From: Terriglobia bacterium
GTDB lineage: Bacteria > Acidobacteriota > Polarisedimenticolia > Polarisedimenticolales > CAVOVZ01
DNA length: 64,000 nt
Direction of reading: 5' to 3'
NCBI GenBank assembly: GCA_963699985.1
Contig: CAVOVZ010000009.1
Span: 41,100-105,099 of the forward strand
A program made the translations under genes and the position numbers. Under the pieces are notes generated by a model, which worked only from the letters and a program-made list of their open reading frames with translations, was not told the DNA's origin and searched no databases. Within the stretch, counting starts at the first letter, position 1. Every line of letters begins with the position of its first letter. This document shows, one piece after another, positions 44,636-53,764 of the stretch.

Positions 44636-47600
44636 CTACGGACAGGGGTGCGCGTTCGGCCGCACGTTCCCTGCGCTGTCCTTGCCGAGACTGCCTTCCA
44701 CGCCTCCGGTGACGCCCGTGACGAGGTAGAACGCGGGGGCGCCTTCCTCCGGCACGAGCGGGTCGCGAAAATCCGTCGCAGCCAGGCCGCAGATCCTCGC
44801 AGCCAGGGGGTTCGAGCCCGGGGCCTGCGTGTAGGTCCCTGCGGCCTGCAGCACGCCGAGGTCCGCGCGATAGACGTTGTACGTATCCACACCTAGTTCG
44901 TCCGGCCAGACGAAGGCGCGATCGGACGCAACGCCGATCTCAACGAGTCCGTCGTCCCGGTCGCAGGCATCCCCCTCGAAATCGTGGTCGGCGTCGGACT
45001 GGCCCGGATTCCAGACTGCGACGCAGTCGTCGCAGACGTCCGGCACGCCGTCGCCGTCCGAATCCACTCCCGGCGCGAGGCGCGGTACGACCGAGACGTC
45101 GCGGATGTCGACGAAAGGGAACGGGGTCCTGCGCAGGATCGATCCGTTCGACGAGTCGATCTCGAGCAGCTCCGGGTTCATGTAGTGAACCACGTACGCC
45201 CTGTTCCGCAGCGGATGCATCGCCACGCCGCTCGTCGCGTTGATGCCCGGGCCCAGGTCCAGAGCCGTGCTGGTGCCGCGTGCTGCGTCGACCCGGGCGA
45301 CTTCGTGGACGCCGACCCGGAAGTCGCCCGCGAGGGCCAGGGACGTGCACGCCTGGGTCGCGAGGAAGGCCGCACCGGCGAGCCCGGAAGCGAGACTCGC
45401 GGTCAGGGCGTCGGTCGCGGTATCGATGAGGGTGACGTTGAACGCGGTGTCCATGGCGGTCACCACGAGAGTCGAGCCGTCGCCAGTCAGAGCGATGTCG
45501 AACGGATGGCCGGGCACGGGAACGGCAGCCAGGGGCTGGAGCGTGGCCGAGTCCAGGATCTGCACCTCGGAGCTTCCGTGGCATGCGACGAAGACCTTGC
45601 TCCCGTCCGACGAGACGGCGATTCCCTTCGGCTCCAGTCCGACTGCGGCCTGTCCTGAGATGCTGTCGGTCCGCGTGTCGATCCTGTACACGGTGTTCGA
45701 TCCGCTTCCCGAAACGTACAGGAATCGCTGGTCGCCCGGCTCCAGCGCCACGTCCCACGGATCGGACAGGTGCGGGAGCTGGATCTGCGACGATTGCAGG
45801 AAAACCGCCGGCCCGCCCACGACAGGGTCGAGCGGATCGGTTCCCGAGTCGGGTACCGCGGGAACGGGTGGCGGCATGTTGAGCGAACGGATGCCGGCGC
45901 TGACGACGCTTCCGGCGATCCCGCTGAAGTCGGCGCTGGTGCCGACGGACTGTCCGCTCGTTGCGTCGAAGTAGGTGACCCTGTAGGCAGGCCCCGCGGG
46001 CAGCCGCAGGCGGAACCGGCCGCTCGGCGTCATCCGTACCACGCTGGACTCCCAGCGGTTCTGGGAGACGTTGTAGATCGCCAGATCGACGAACGGGTCG
46101 CCGAGCGGCGTGGTCCCGTCACGGGCGAGGGTCCCGCCGATGGCGTCGAAGCTCGAGCCGGCGAGAGCAGGATCGATCCAGAGCGTCTGGCTGATCTCGG
46201 ATCCGTCCATCCCCAGATCCCCGTCCGTGTCCGGGTTCATCGGATCGGTTCCGAAGAGAGGCTCGAGCGTGTCGAGGAGGCCGTCGCCATCCGTGTCGAA
46301 AGGGCGGGGATCGGTCGGCGGCAACACGCCCTGCGAGAACGGCACGAATCCCACGTTGTCCGTCCCGAAATCGGCGACGTAGATGCCGGCGCGCCCGTAG
46401 TGGTACGCCTGGCCCAGCGGATAGGAGAGCACGTCGGGAGTCTCGTCGACCTCGAACATCGTCCCGCTATCCACCGCGGACAGCGTGGAGCCGTACGTCT
46501 TGCTCACGATGACGAGCGGCTCGGAGGACAGGCCGACCTGGAACTTCCGGTCCGGCGTCGCATGGCGGGCGCCGCTTCCTTCCTGGATCTCCACGTGGTA
46601 GGTGACGACGCTCGCCGCGGGAAGCTGGGGCAGGGGAACGGCCGCGACTCCTCCCGCCAGCGGAAGCGCGATGCGGACCGGAGCGCCGCCTGCGTCCGTG
46701 TAGACGAACCAGGCCTCCTGCAGCGGTCCGGTCTCAGCGGTGATGACCTCCACACGAAGCGTGAGCGGGCGCGGCGGCTGGACGAGCCGGGGCAGCTTCG
46801 GGACCACGGCGAAGGGGCGGAAGTCGACCGTCTCCGTGCCGCCGGCGCCCAGGACCAGCGGCGTCGCCGCGCCGCGAGAGTGGGCGAATCGGTGCCAGGT
46901 CCGGGTGAGTTCGACCGTCGAGGGAAACTTCTGCGGGACCAGCGCCTGTGCGATCCCGCCGAAGGCGCCCGACCCCACGTATCCCGGCGGGGATCCATCG
47001 AGCGGCTCGACGCGCAGCTCGTACGATCCGGGAGGCAGCCCTCGGATCCGGTAGGTGTCGGAATCGAACGGTCCTGCGATGACACCGCTCATGGCTCCCA
47101 CCTCGGTCCCGATGAGCACGTCTCGGGCGACCACGTGCGCTCCGAACAGGGGGGCGTCGCCGTCGTCGTGCACGAGTCCCGTGAACGTTCCCGTCTGCGC
47201 CGGTACCCCGGCGGGGGGATAGAGGTCCTCGATCCCCAGCGCGTCGTCGATCTCGATGGTTCGGTAGCGGCTGTTGGGCGGCCGTGTCCCGTCCCCCGGC
47301 ACGTTCCAGATGCCGTACGGGTACATGGTCGGGGTCGCAGACGACTCGCGGAAGCCTACGGCCGAATGATCCAGACCGAGCGCGTGGCCGATCTCGTGCG
47401 TCGCCAGACCCTGGATGTCGTTCGTGTACACACCGGCCGGATCCACGCCCTGACAGGGGCAGGGCAGCGGCTCTCCGTTCGCGTCGTTCGGCGAGGTCAG
47501 CCACCGGATGTCGTGGTCGTTCATGTGGATGTCGACATCGAGGATCCGGCCCGTGGTGTTCTCGTACGTGATCAGCGTCACGCCGCCGTAGCCGACGTTC

Positions 47601-47972
47601 CCCAGGTCGGCGAAGAAGATGACGTTCTCGCCGTCGTACCCGAACTCGTTCGTGTTCGTGGGGCGAAGATCGAAATGGATCGGCACTCTCCGGCACCCGC
47701 TCCCACGTCCTGAACGCAAGCTCCATGGCCTCGAACTCGTCGATGGCGGGGTCGCCGGGAGGGAGGCTGATATCCGGCGAGCCGGCGGCGCTGATCGAGA
47801 AGGGAATCGGGCTGCCGGTTTGCAGCGGCTGCCAGGAAAGGTACTTCACCGTTTCCGAGCCGCCGCTCCGATCCACGAAGGCCAGCGGCGTGTAGGCGAG
47901 CAGAGCGGGTGCACCGCCGAACAGGCACAGGCCGCAGATGCTCGCGGCAGCAAGCATGGTTCGCCGCGTCAT
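44636..47972 (-). pseudogene. Secreted matrixin-type zinc metalloprotease with beta-propeller repeats and thrombospondin type-3 repeats, split over two frames as assembled
   Basis: The signal peptide and pro-region (MTRRTMLAAASICGLCLFGGAPALLA...[11 protein letters not shown]) are in one frame. The rest is in another: IHFDLRPTN..., the catalytic [16 protein letters not shown]-like blades and [14 protein letters not shown]. The span is 3337 nt (3x1112+1), with the junction near 47680-47690. Confidence 0.8.
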
Positions 47973-48577
47973 CTACCGCCCCCCTTCTGCTCGTTGTGGC
48001 GGCGAACGGACCCGAGCACTCCGTCGAGCGGTTGCAGCGAGAACAGTCCCTTTCCCGGCGGCCCCTCGCCCGGAGCGCTCGGACTCGAGACGCCCGCCTC
48101 CCGTCCCGGACTCCGTTGCAGGCCGTCCGGGGGCGGCAGGCGGACGAGATCGCGTCCCGCTCCCGTGCTTCGGCGGACCGGGACCTTGCCCTGGCCGAGC
48201 CCGAAGAGCTGGTAGGCGCCCGCTTCGTCGGAAGGGACGAGGAACAGGAGGTCCCGATCGCCCACCGCGAACTGCGGCCCGTCCAGAACGACCTGCGTGA
48301 TCGTTCCGACGGTGCCCCCGAGAGCCTTGACCACGATCCCGTCGTGCACCTTGATCTCGGGAACCGCCTGCTCGATCTCGTAGGTCGCCCAGGTGTGGAT
48401 CAGAGTCCGCTTCTCGTTCCACGCCGAACGCACTTCCGCGCAGCGCCCGACGGCCACCACCTGCGATCGGCTCGCGAGGGTCTCGAGATCGAAGGGAATC
48501 GTCTGGGCCGCGCAGAGGTCCGTGAACAGCCATGCAAGGGCCGCGGCCGTTGCAGCGTGCAGCGATCGTCGCATCAT
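47969..48577 (-). CDS. Hypothetical secreted protein
   Basis: Start at MMRRSLHAATAAALAWLFTDLCAAQ (signal peptide). The stop overlaps the protease start by 4 nt, so the two are probably co-transcribed. Confidence 0.6.
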   Translation of the reverse strand: MMRRSLHAATAAALAWLFTDLCAAQTIPFDLETLASRSQVVAVGRCAEVRSAWNEKRTLIHTWATYEIEQAVPEIKVHDGIVVKALGGTVGTITQVVLDGPQFAVGDRDLLFLVPSDEAGAYQLFGLGQGKVPVRRSTGAGRDLVRLPPPDGLQRSPGREAGVSSPSAPGEGPPGKGLFSLQPLDGVLGSVRRHNEQKGGGR

Positions 48578-49056
48578 GAGGTTCGTCCTGCGCACGGGCC
48601 AGGATTCATCGAACCGCCCACGACCGTCCATTCGGTCGTGCGCGGGACGAGTCAGAAATGTACGCCGGCCGGCGTGCGCCGCCCACGATTCCGCGTTCCC
48701 GGGGGTGCCGAGACACGAAAGAGGCACCGGCTCTATGTGCCCGGCTGCCGCGGCTCGATTCACGGGAATCAGGATTCCGCGACGGCCGACGCGAGACGGC
48801 GCAGAAAAGGGGAAACCTCACTGTTCTTCCGGTCCCACTCCGACGGGGGCTCCCCGAAGTTCGAGCGCTGGGATCAGGAACGTCCGCGTCGTCGCGCCGA
48901 TCGGCGGGCGCCACAGCCGACCCTCCCGAACTCGGCGTTCGAGCCGTCGGTGGTTTCTCGAGACTCGGTCGCGGTTCTCGATTCGCAGCGGCGTCTGGTC
49001 GCTCCTCTGCCGTACGACTTGCGCTACAACACTCCGCGCCACTCTGAAAGAACACC

Positions 49057-49086
49057 TTGACCGCGCCGAAAAAATGGGATTAGGAT
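49057..49086 (+). promoter_or_regulatory. Candidate sigma-70 promoter (TTGACC-N18-TAGGAT) for the ompA-like gene
   Basis: Sequence match only. It sits in a locally AT-richer stretch 60 nt upstream of the ATG at 49147. Confidence 0.3.
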
Positions 49087-49146
49087 GCGATCTCGATCGA
49101 TTTCGGGGACGGTCGAACGACGCGTCCAGGACGAGGGGGACAAGTC

Positions 49147-50001
49147 ATGCGACTCCAAGCCTATGTCGGCCGGGCCTGGTTGGCCCTGGTCGTCTCGTTT
49201 CTGGTGAGTGCCTCCTGCGTGCCCAAGGCCAACCTGAGCCTCGTCATGGAGCGCACCGAGGTCGTAGCCCCGCCGATGATCGAATCCCTGGACGTGGAGC
49301 CGCGCGGGGAGGTCGATACGACCGACCGTCCCGGACGATCAAAGTGGTCATGATGGGGGATCCAAGTCCCAGCCTCGAAGCCTCACTCGACATCGAGGGC
49401 ATCCCTGCGCTCGCTCGATCCGATCGTCCGATGGCGCCGACTTCACCGGGCGTTTTCGAAGGGTCTTTCGAGGTGCCGAAGGGATCCGTCGGGGCCGTGA
49501 GCGTGATCGCACGACTCAAGGACCCGGTTTCGGGGGTACAGAACCAAAAGAAGATCGATCAGGTGCTGAGCCTGCGCGCGGTCGCGCCGCCGCCCCAGCC
49601 CGGGCCTAGTCAGCCAGCGCGCGACGGCGAGGTAAGCGACTGCAACGACCTCGACCGTCAAGTCGGCAAGGTCAGTGTCGCAGTTCGATTTCGACCAATC
49701 CGAGATCCACGAGAGCGACAAAGCGCTTCTTCGCGGTCTCTTCGCGGCGCTCGAGCTGTTTCCGCGTTGCCATCTCGTCCTACTCGGTCACTCGGACGAG
49801 CTCGGCCCGCCCGAGTACAACGTGGCGCTGTCTCGTGCGCGCGCTGCCACGGTTGCGGCGTACCTGGAGTCACTGGGGCTCTCGCGAGAGCGTATTCAGG
49901 TGGTCCCGCACGGGGAGGATCACCCAGTCGTCGCAGGAGAGGACCGCGCATCCCGCGCGAAGAACCGGAGAGTCGAGATCCGAACGGGCGACCCCTACTG
50001 A
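49147..50001 (+). pseudogene. OmpA C-terminal-domain (peptidoglycan-binding) envelope protein, read across frames as assembled
   Basis: The signal peptide (AWLALVVSFLVSASC) is in frame 1 (49147-49353). A beta-rich middle (ASLDIEGI...GSFEVPKGSVGAVSVIARL) is in frame 3. The OmpA_C domain (FDFDQSEI...LLGHSDELGPPEYNVALSRARAATVAAYL...RRVEI) is back in frame 1 from about 49675. Confidence 0.65.
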
Positions 50002-50960
50002 CCAGGCTCTTTCGAGCCTGTCGACTTGCGCATCTCGACGTTCTTCGTCAGCGTTTCCCGGAACGGCGGGAGGAAGAACTCGTCCCAGATGTCAATGTGA
50101 GGGGTCGCGACCATATCTTGATGGACTCGCGAGATCTCCTTGCACGCTTCTTGGTAGTTGACGATCCCGAGACGCCCCTTGAACTGCTCGAGAACGGGTT
50201 GCGGGTCCATCCGGGTCAACAGCGCCCGCAGGCCCTGGCGGATCGCGGCGCGATAGGCCGTGTCGAGGTCCAAGAGGAACCAGACCGTCCGGCTCAGTGA
50301 GGCGTCGAGCGCCTCGAGCGATCCCGAATCGCCTTTCAGGATCGCCAGGTAGCGCTTGCGAATCTCGTTCTTGCGGTGCTTCTCGTCGATCGACGCTTCC
50401 GGGACGATCTGGTGGCCCGTCTGGATGCCGTCTGCCGTGAATTCGGTATTGAGTGCGAAGTCGAGCAAGAGCTGGATCAGGCGGAAGAGATGCCTCGCCG
50501 ACGCGGGAAGCTCGCTCCCAAGGTCTGACCCGACCGCGGCGCCTGCGGCGAGCTTCGGCATCTCCGCCAAGAGTCGGTCGAGCGACGAGTCCCCAGGCAG
50601 CGGCTCCGGGCTCGCGGCCGGCGCCTGCGCGGCCTTCAATCCGGTGATCTCCGACACGAGCCGGTCGCGTTCCTTCCGCAGGGCTGAGGCTTCCTCGACT
50701 TGCGACGCGAGATCGGATGAAAGCTGCAGAAGGCGCGCCTCGCGTTCCCTCGCTTCACGGACGACCATCTCCCGCGCGAGATCGAGCACCGCCTCCGCTT
50801 CGGCCGGCTGGACGTTCGCCAGCGCGTCGCGCAGCGCGTCCTGGAGCGCGCTCCGCCGTTCCTCCTCCGATCGCTGGGCGTTCGATTCCCGGATCGACTT
50901 GAGCAACTCGACGAGCTGACCCGCCGTCTCGTTGGCCTTCGCAGCGTTTCGCGATTCCAT
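49995..50960 (-). CDS. Hypothetical coiled-coil protein
   Basis: 321-aa ORF. The N-terminal half is heptad-rich (EEERRSALQDALRDALA...REARLLQLSSDLASQVEEASALRKERDRL). The C-terminal globular part is not recognised. Confidence 0.6.
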   Translation of the reverse strand: MESRNAAKANETAGQLVELLKSIRESNAQRSEEERRSALQDALRDALANVQPAEAEAVLDLAREMVVREAREREARLLQLSSDLASQVEEASALRKERDRLVSEITGLKAAQAPAASPEPLPGDSSLDRLLAEMPKLAAGAAVGSDLGSELPASARHLFRLIQLLLDFALNTEFTADGIQTGHQIVPEASIDEKHRKNEIRKRYLAILKGDSGSLEALDASLSRTVWFLLDLDTAYRAAIRQGLRALLTRMDPQPVLEQFKGRLGIVNYQEACKEISRVHQDMVATPHIDIWDEFFLPPFRETLTKNVEMRKSTGSKEPGQ

Positions 50961-51067
50961 GGCCGTTCGTCCCTTCGATCTCCGGCCCCGTCTGCTCGGG
51001 TCGCCGGGCTCCGTGTCCCGGGTCGGCGTCCTTCGCCGCCCCTGATGCCGCCAAGAATACCTCGGGC

Positions 51068-53272
51068 TCAGTCCGCCGGTCCGGGCAAAGGGAGGTGCTC
51101 CACCCGACCGGGGTCATCCGGCACCGTGATTCGCTTCCCGATGAATCGGCCGTCCACGAAGACTTCATAATTGCCGGGGCGAATGCTCACGTCCACCCTT
51201 CCCTCGGCGTCCAGGATTCCCGAAACGCTGTCCGAGCCGTCGCTCGGCATGAGCTCGACCTTACACGAACGCCCGCTCGCGGGCTTCGGATCAAAAACCA
51301 GGGTGTAGGAGCGAGGCGCTGACCGGAGGTGCGACCAGATGATCCAAGACGCGACGATCACGACGGCGGGAACCACCACGAGAAGCGCCCTCACCAAGGG
51401 CCGGAGCAAGATCGAAGCGCGTCGCAGCGATCGCTCTAGCTCGGACGTTCGTTCCTGGATGGCTCGCAGATCGTCCGCGCGGAGCGCCGAGCGGAGCGAC
51501 TCGGCATGGACGCCCAACTCCGGCACGCGCCGGGCACCGGCTCCGAACCGCTTGGATCCTGCGCGACGAAGGGCCCTTCCGGCCCGGCCGCCGATCCGCC
51601 GTTCGATGCGGGTCTCGATCCGCCGGATCTCGTTTCCGAAGTCCTCGAGCTTGCCCGCTTCCGAGCGGCGCAGCTTCGAAACCGCGGTCTCGAGTCGGCG
51701 TGCGGTTCGACCGCTCGCGATCTCGGCGAGCCGGGCGGCATTGCGGATCATCGTCTCGCGTACGTCCTCGTCGCGCTTCCTGAGTCCGCCTCGGACCTCG
51801 GCCGCGAGCTTTCCGATCGCCTCGATTGCACGCTCGATCGATTGGTTGAGCGAAGCTACGCGCTCGAAGTTTCCGGATGACAGCACGTCCTCGGCATCCT
51901 CCGTCAGGGTGACGGCCTCGAACAGGCGGGAGGCGGGCAGGAGTTTCGCGTTTCGCTCCAGAAGGGACGTCAGTTGGTTCTTGCACGAGCGGAGTTTCTC
52001 GACCGCCCCGTGCGACCTCGCTTCCTCCTGGACGGCCAGCTTCAGACGAGCATCGATCGCGTCGAGGACGGCCTCCTGGAACTGGTGCCCCCCCGCGGGG
52101 GCCGCTTCCCGCAAGCGAGCCCCTACCGGGTGGGGTTCTTTGGAGTCGCCGATGCGCGTCCGGACCCGCTCCAGATCCACGATCAGAGCCGCGGCAGCTT
52201 CCTTGCGCTCGCGGGAGCCCTCCGCCGAGGAGCCGGCGGGAGATTCGAGAAGCGATCGCAGCAAACGGTCCCAAACCGCAAGGACCGACTCGGCGGCCGA
52301 CACCTCGGCGGGAGTGGCCGCCCGGGAGGCCGTATCGATACCTGCGGTCGCTCCCGAGACCGCTTCGGCGAGGAGCGTCCGGGGAGGCGCTCCTTCAGGC
52401 GGCGCGGCACTGGAGCCAACCTCCCGTGCCTGATCGCGCAGCACCGCGAGCGCGGACCGGGATTTCACCAGCGCCGCGAGCCGTCTCGCGTGCTCTTCGG
52501 TGTCCCGGAAGTCCTGCAGGTCACCGATGGCCACCGCGATCTCCATCGGATCGGCACGCTGCCAGACGATCCTAGCGGGACCGAGCCGCGCCTCCGGAAC
52601 CCCGTTCCTCTCGCATTCCGCGATGAGCGTTCGAAGAGTCTCCTGCCGCTCGCGGCGGGCGGTGTCGAGGCGCTTGCGCAGCGCGTCGAACCGGCCGAGC
52701 GTCTCCAAGTGACCGCCCACCGATCCGGTCGATTCCGTGCTCCAGAGGAGGCGCAGGATCTCGTCAGCGGCGTCGTTCTCGAGGTGCGGCACGATCCCAC
52801 GGACCTCGCCCACGAGGGCCGCGCGGAGGGGGCCGATTCGCTCGACCAGGATCGATGACGCCCGGGAGGCGAGCCCCTCGAGCCGGGTTCGCAGGGACCG
52901 AGGGACCGGCCCCTTCCCCGCCTCGAGCAGGGAGAGCGCTTCACCGATCGCGCGGTCGAATTCGGTCGGCAGCAAATCGGAGTGGCGCGTGTGGAGCGCG
53001 GAGAGGAGCGCGTACGTGTTGCGTCCCGGCGCGCTCAGCTCCTGCCGGATCTGCGAGATGCAAGCAACGATGTCGTCGTGGCGCGGGTCCGCGGGCGCTC
53101 CCCAGGCAGCCAGCAATTCCACCAAGATCGACCCGCTACCTGGAACCCCGACACCGCTCACCGTGCTCGCCTCGCTGTCCGCGACCCGCGCGCCGAACGG
53201 CCGCGTCGGCAAGCGGCGCTCATCCAAGGTCGGATCATCGCGGACATGATGACATAGACCCGGACCGAGCAA
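51068..53272 (-). CDS. Hypothetical large helical protein with a single C-terminal TM helix and a small extracytoplasmic beta module
   Basis: 734-aa ORF (TTG start, uncertain). About 620 aa of helical, Arg/Glu/Ala-rich sequence. TM helix LVVVPAVVIVASWIIW, then CKVELMPSDGS...IRPGNYEVFVDGRFIGKRITV (PEGA/CarboxypepD_reg-like by eye). Confidence 0.6.
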   Translation of the reverse strand: MLGPGLCHHVRDDPTLDERRLPTRPFGARVADSEASTVSGVGVPGSGSILVELLAAWGAPADPRHDDIVACISQIRQELSAPGRNTYALLSALHTRHSDLLPTEFDRAIGEALSLLEAGKGPVPRSLRTRLEGLASRASSILVERIGPLRAALVGEVRGIVPHLENDAADEILRLLWSTESTGSVGGHLETLGRFDALRKRLDTARRERQETLRTLIAECERNGVPEARLGPARIVWQRADPMEIAVAIGDLQDFRDTEEHARRLAALVKSRSALAVLRDQAREVGSSAAPPEGAPPRTLLAEAVSGATAGIDTASRAATPAEVSAAESVLAVWDRLLRSLLESPAGSSAEGSRERKEAAAALIVDLERVRTRIGDSKEPHPVGARLREAAPAGGHQFQEAVLDAIDARLKLAVQEEARSHGAVEKLRSCKNQLTSLLERNAKLLPASRLFEAVTLTEDAEDVLSSGNFERVASLNQSIERAIEAIGKLAAEVRGGLRKRDEDVRETMIRNAARLAEIASGRTARRLETAVSKLRRSEAGKLEDFGNEIRRIETRIERRIGGRAGRALRRAGSKRFGAGARRVPELGVHAESLRSALRADDLRAIQERTSELERSLRRASILLRPLVRALLVVVPAVVIVASWIIWSHLRSAPRSYTLVFDPKPASGRSCKVELMPSDGSDSVSGILDAEGRVDVSIRPGNYEVFVDGRFIGKRITVPDDPGRVEHLPLPGPAD

Positions 53273-53764
53273 GCCCGCGATGGGCTCCAGCGCACCGGGA
53301 GGTCCGGCGAAGCCCGACGGAGGCGTTCAACTCTCCTCTTGACTTGCACGGGCAGGCTGGGGGATTCTTCAACAATCGTCAGGTTAGGAAAGGAGCGGTT
53401 CAAGGCCCCAACCTGAAAGGTCGTGGCCATGTCTCATCGTTACCGAAACAGCAGTCCGCCGCCGGGTCCCAAGACCGTGGTCCTGCTCATCGCTCCGCCG
53501 ATCCGGACCTGGACGATTACGAGGACAGGTTCTTAGAGCACAGGTCGTCGGCATGAAGCGCGGGGGGGAAGTGAGAGGGGCGCGGAATCGAGCAGCCGTT
53601 CGGTGCTTGCCGGCGGGGGAACTCAGGCCGGGACACTCGGTGGCGAGAGTCCCGTTGCTCGGGAACTCTCCAGGCGTTCCGTGGATGCGGCATGGAACGG
53701 AAGCCGAGGCTCCCGTTGGTTCGCCGGGAGCGCGGCAGTCGGTTTCGAAGCGGAGGAACGCGGC

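Noticed and set aside
49350-49353. The ATGA overlap as proof that the 68-aa signal-peptide ORF and the following ORF are separate genes
   Set aside because: This is not fully rejected, but the downstream product would lack any export signal while carrying a periplasmic OmpA_C domain. A fused protein is more coherent. I kept it as an alternative in the finding.
53339-53375. TTGACT / TTGCAC hexamers as a sigma-70 -35 box in the kinase-cluster intergenic region
   Set aside because: No acceptable -10 hexamer lies at 16-19 nt spacing, so this is only a -35-like match.
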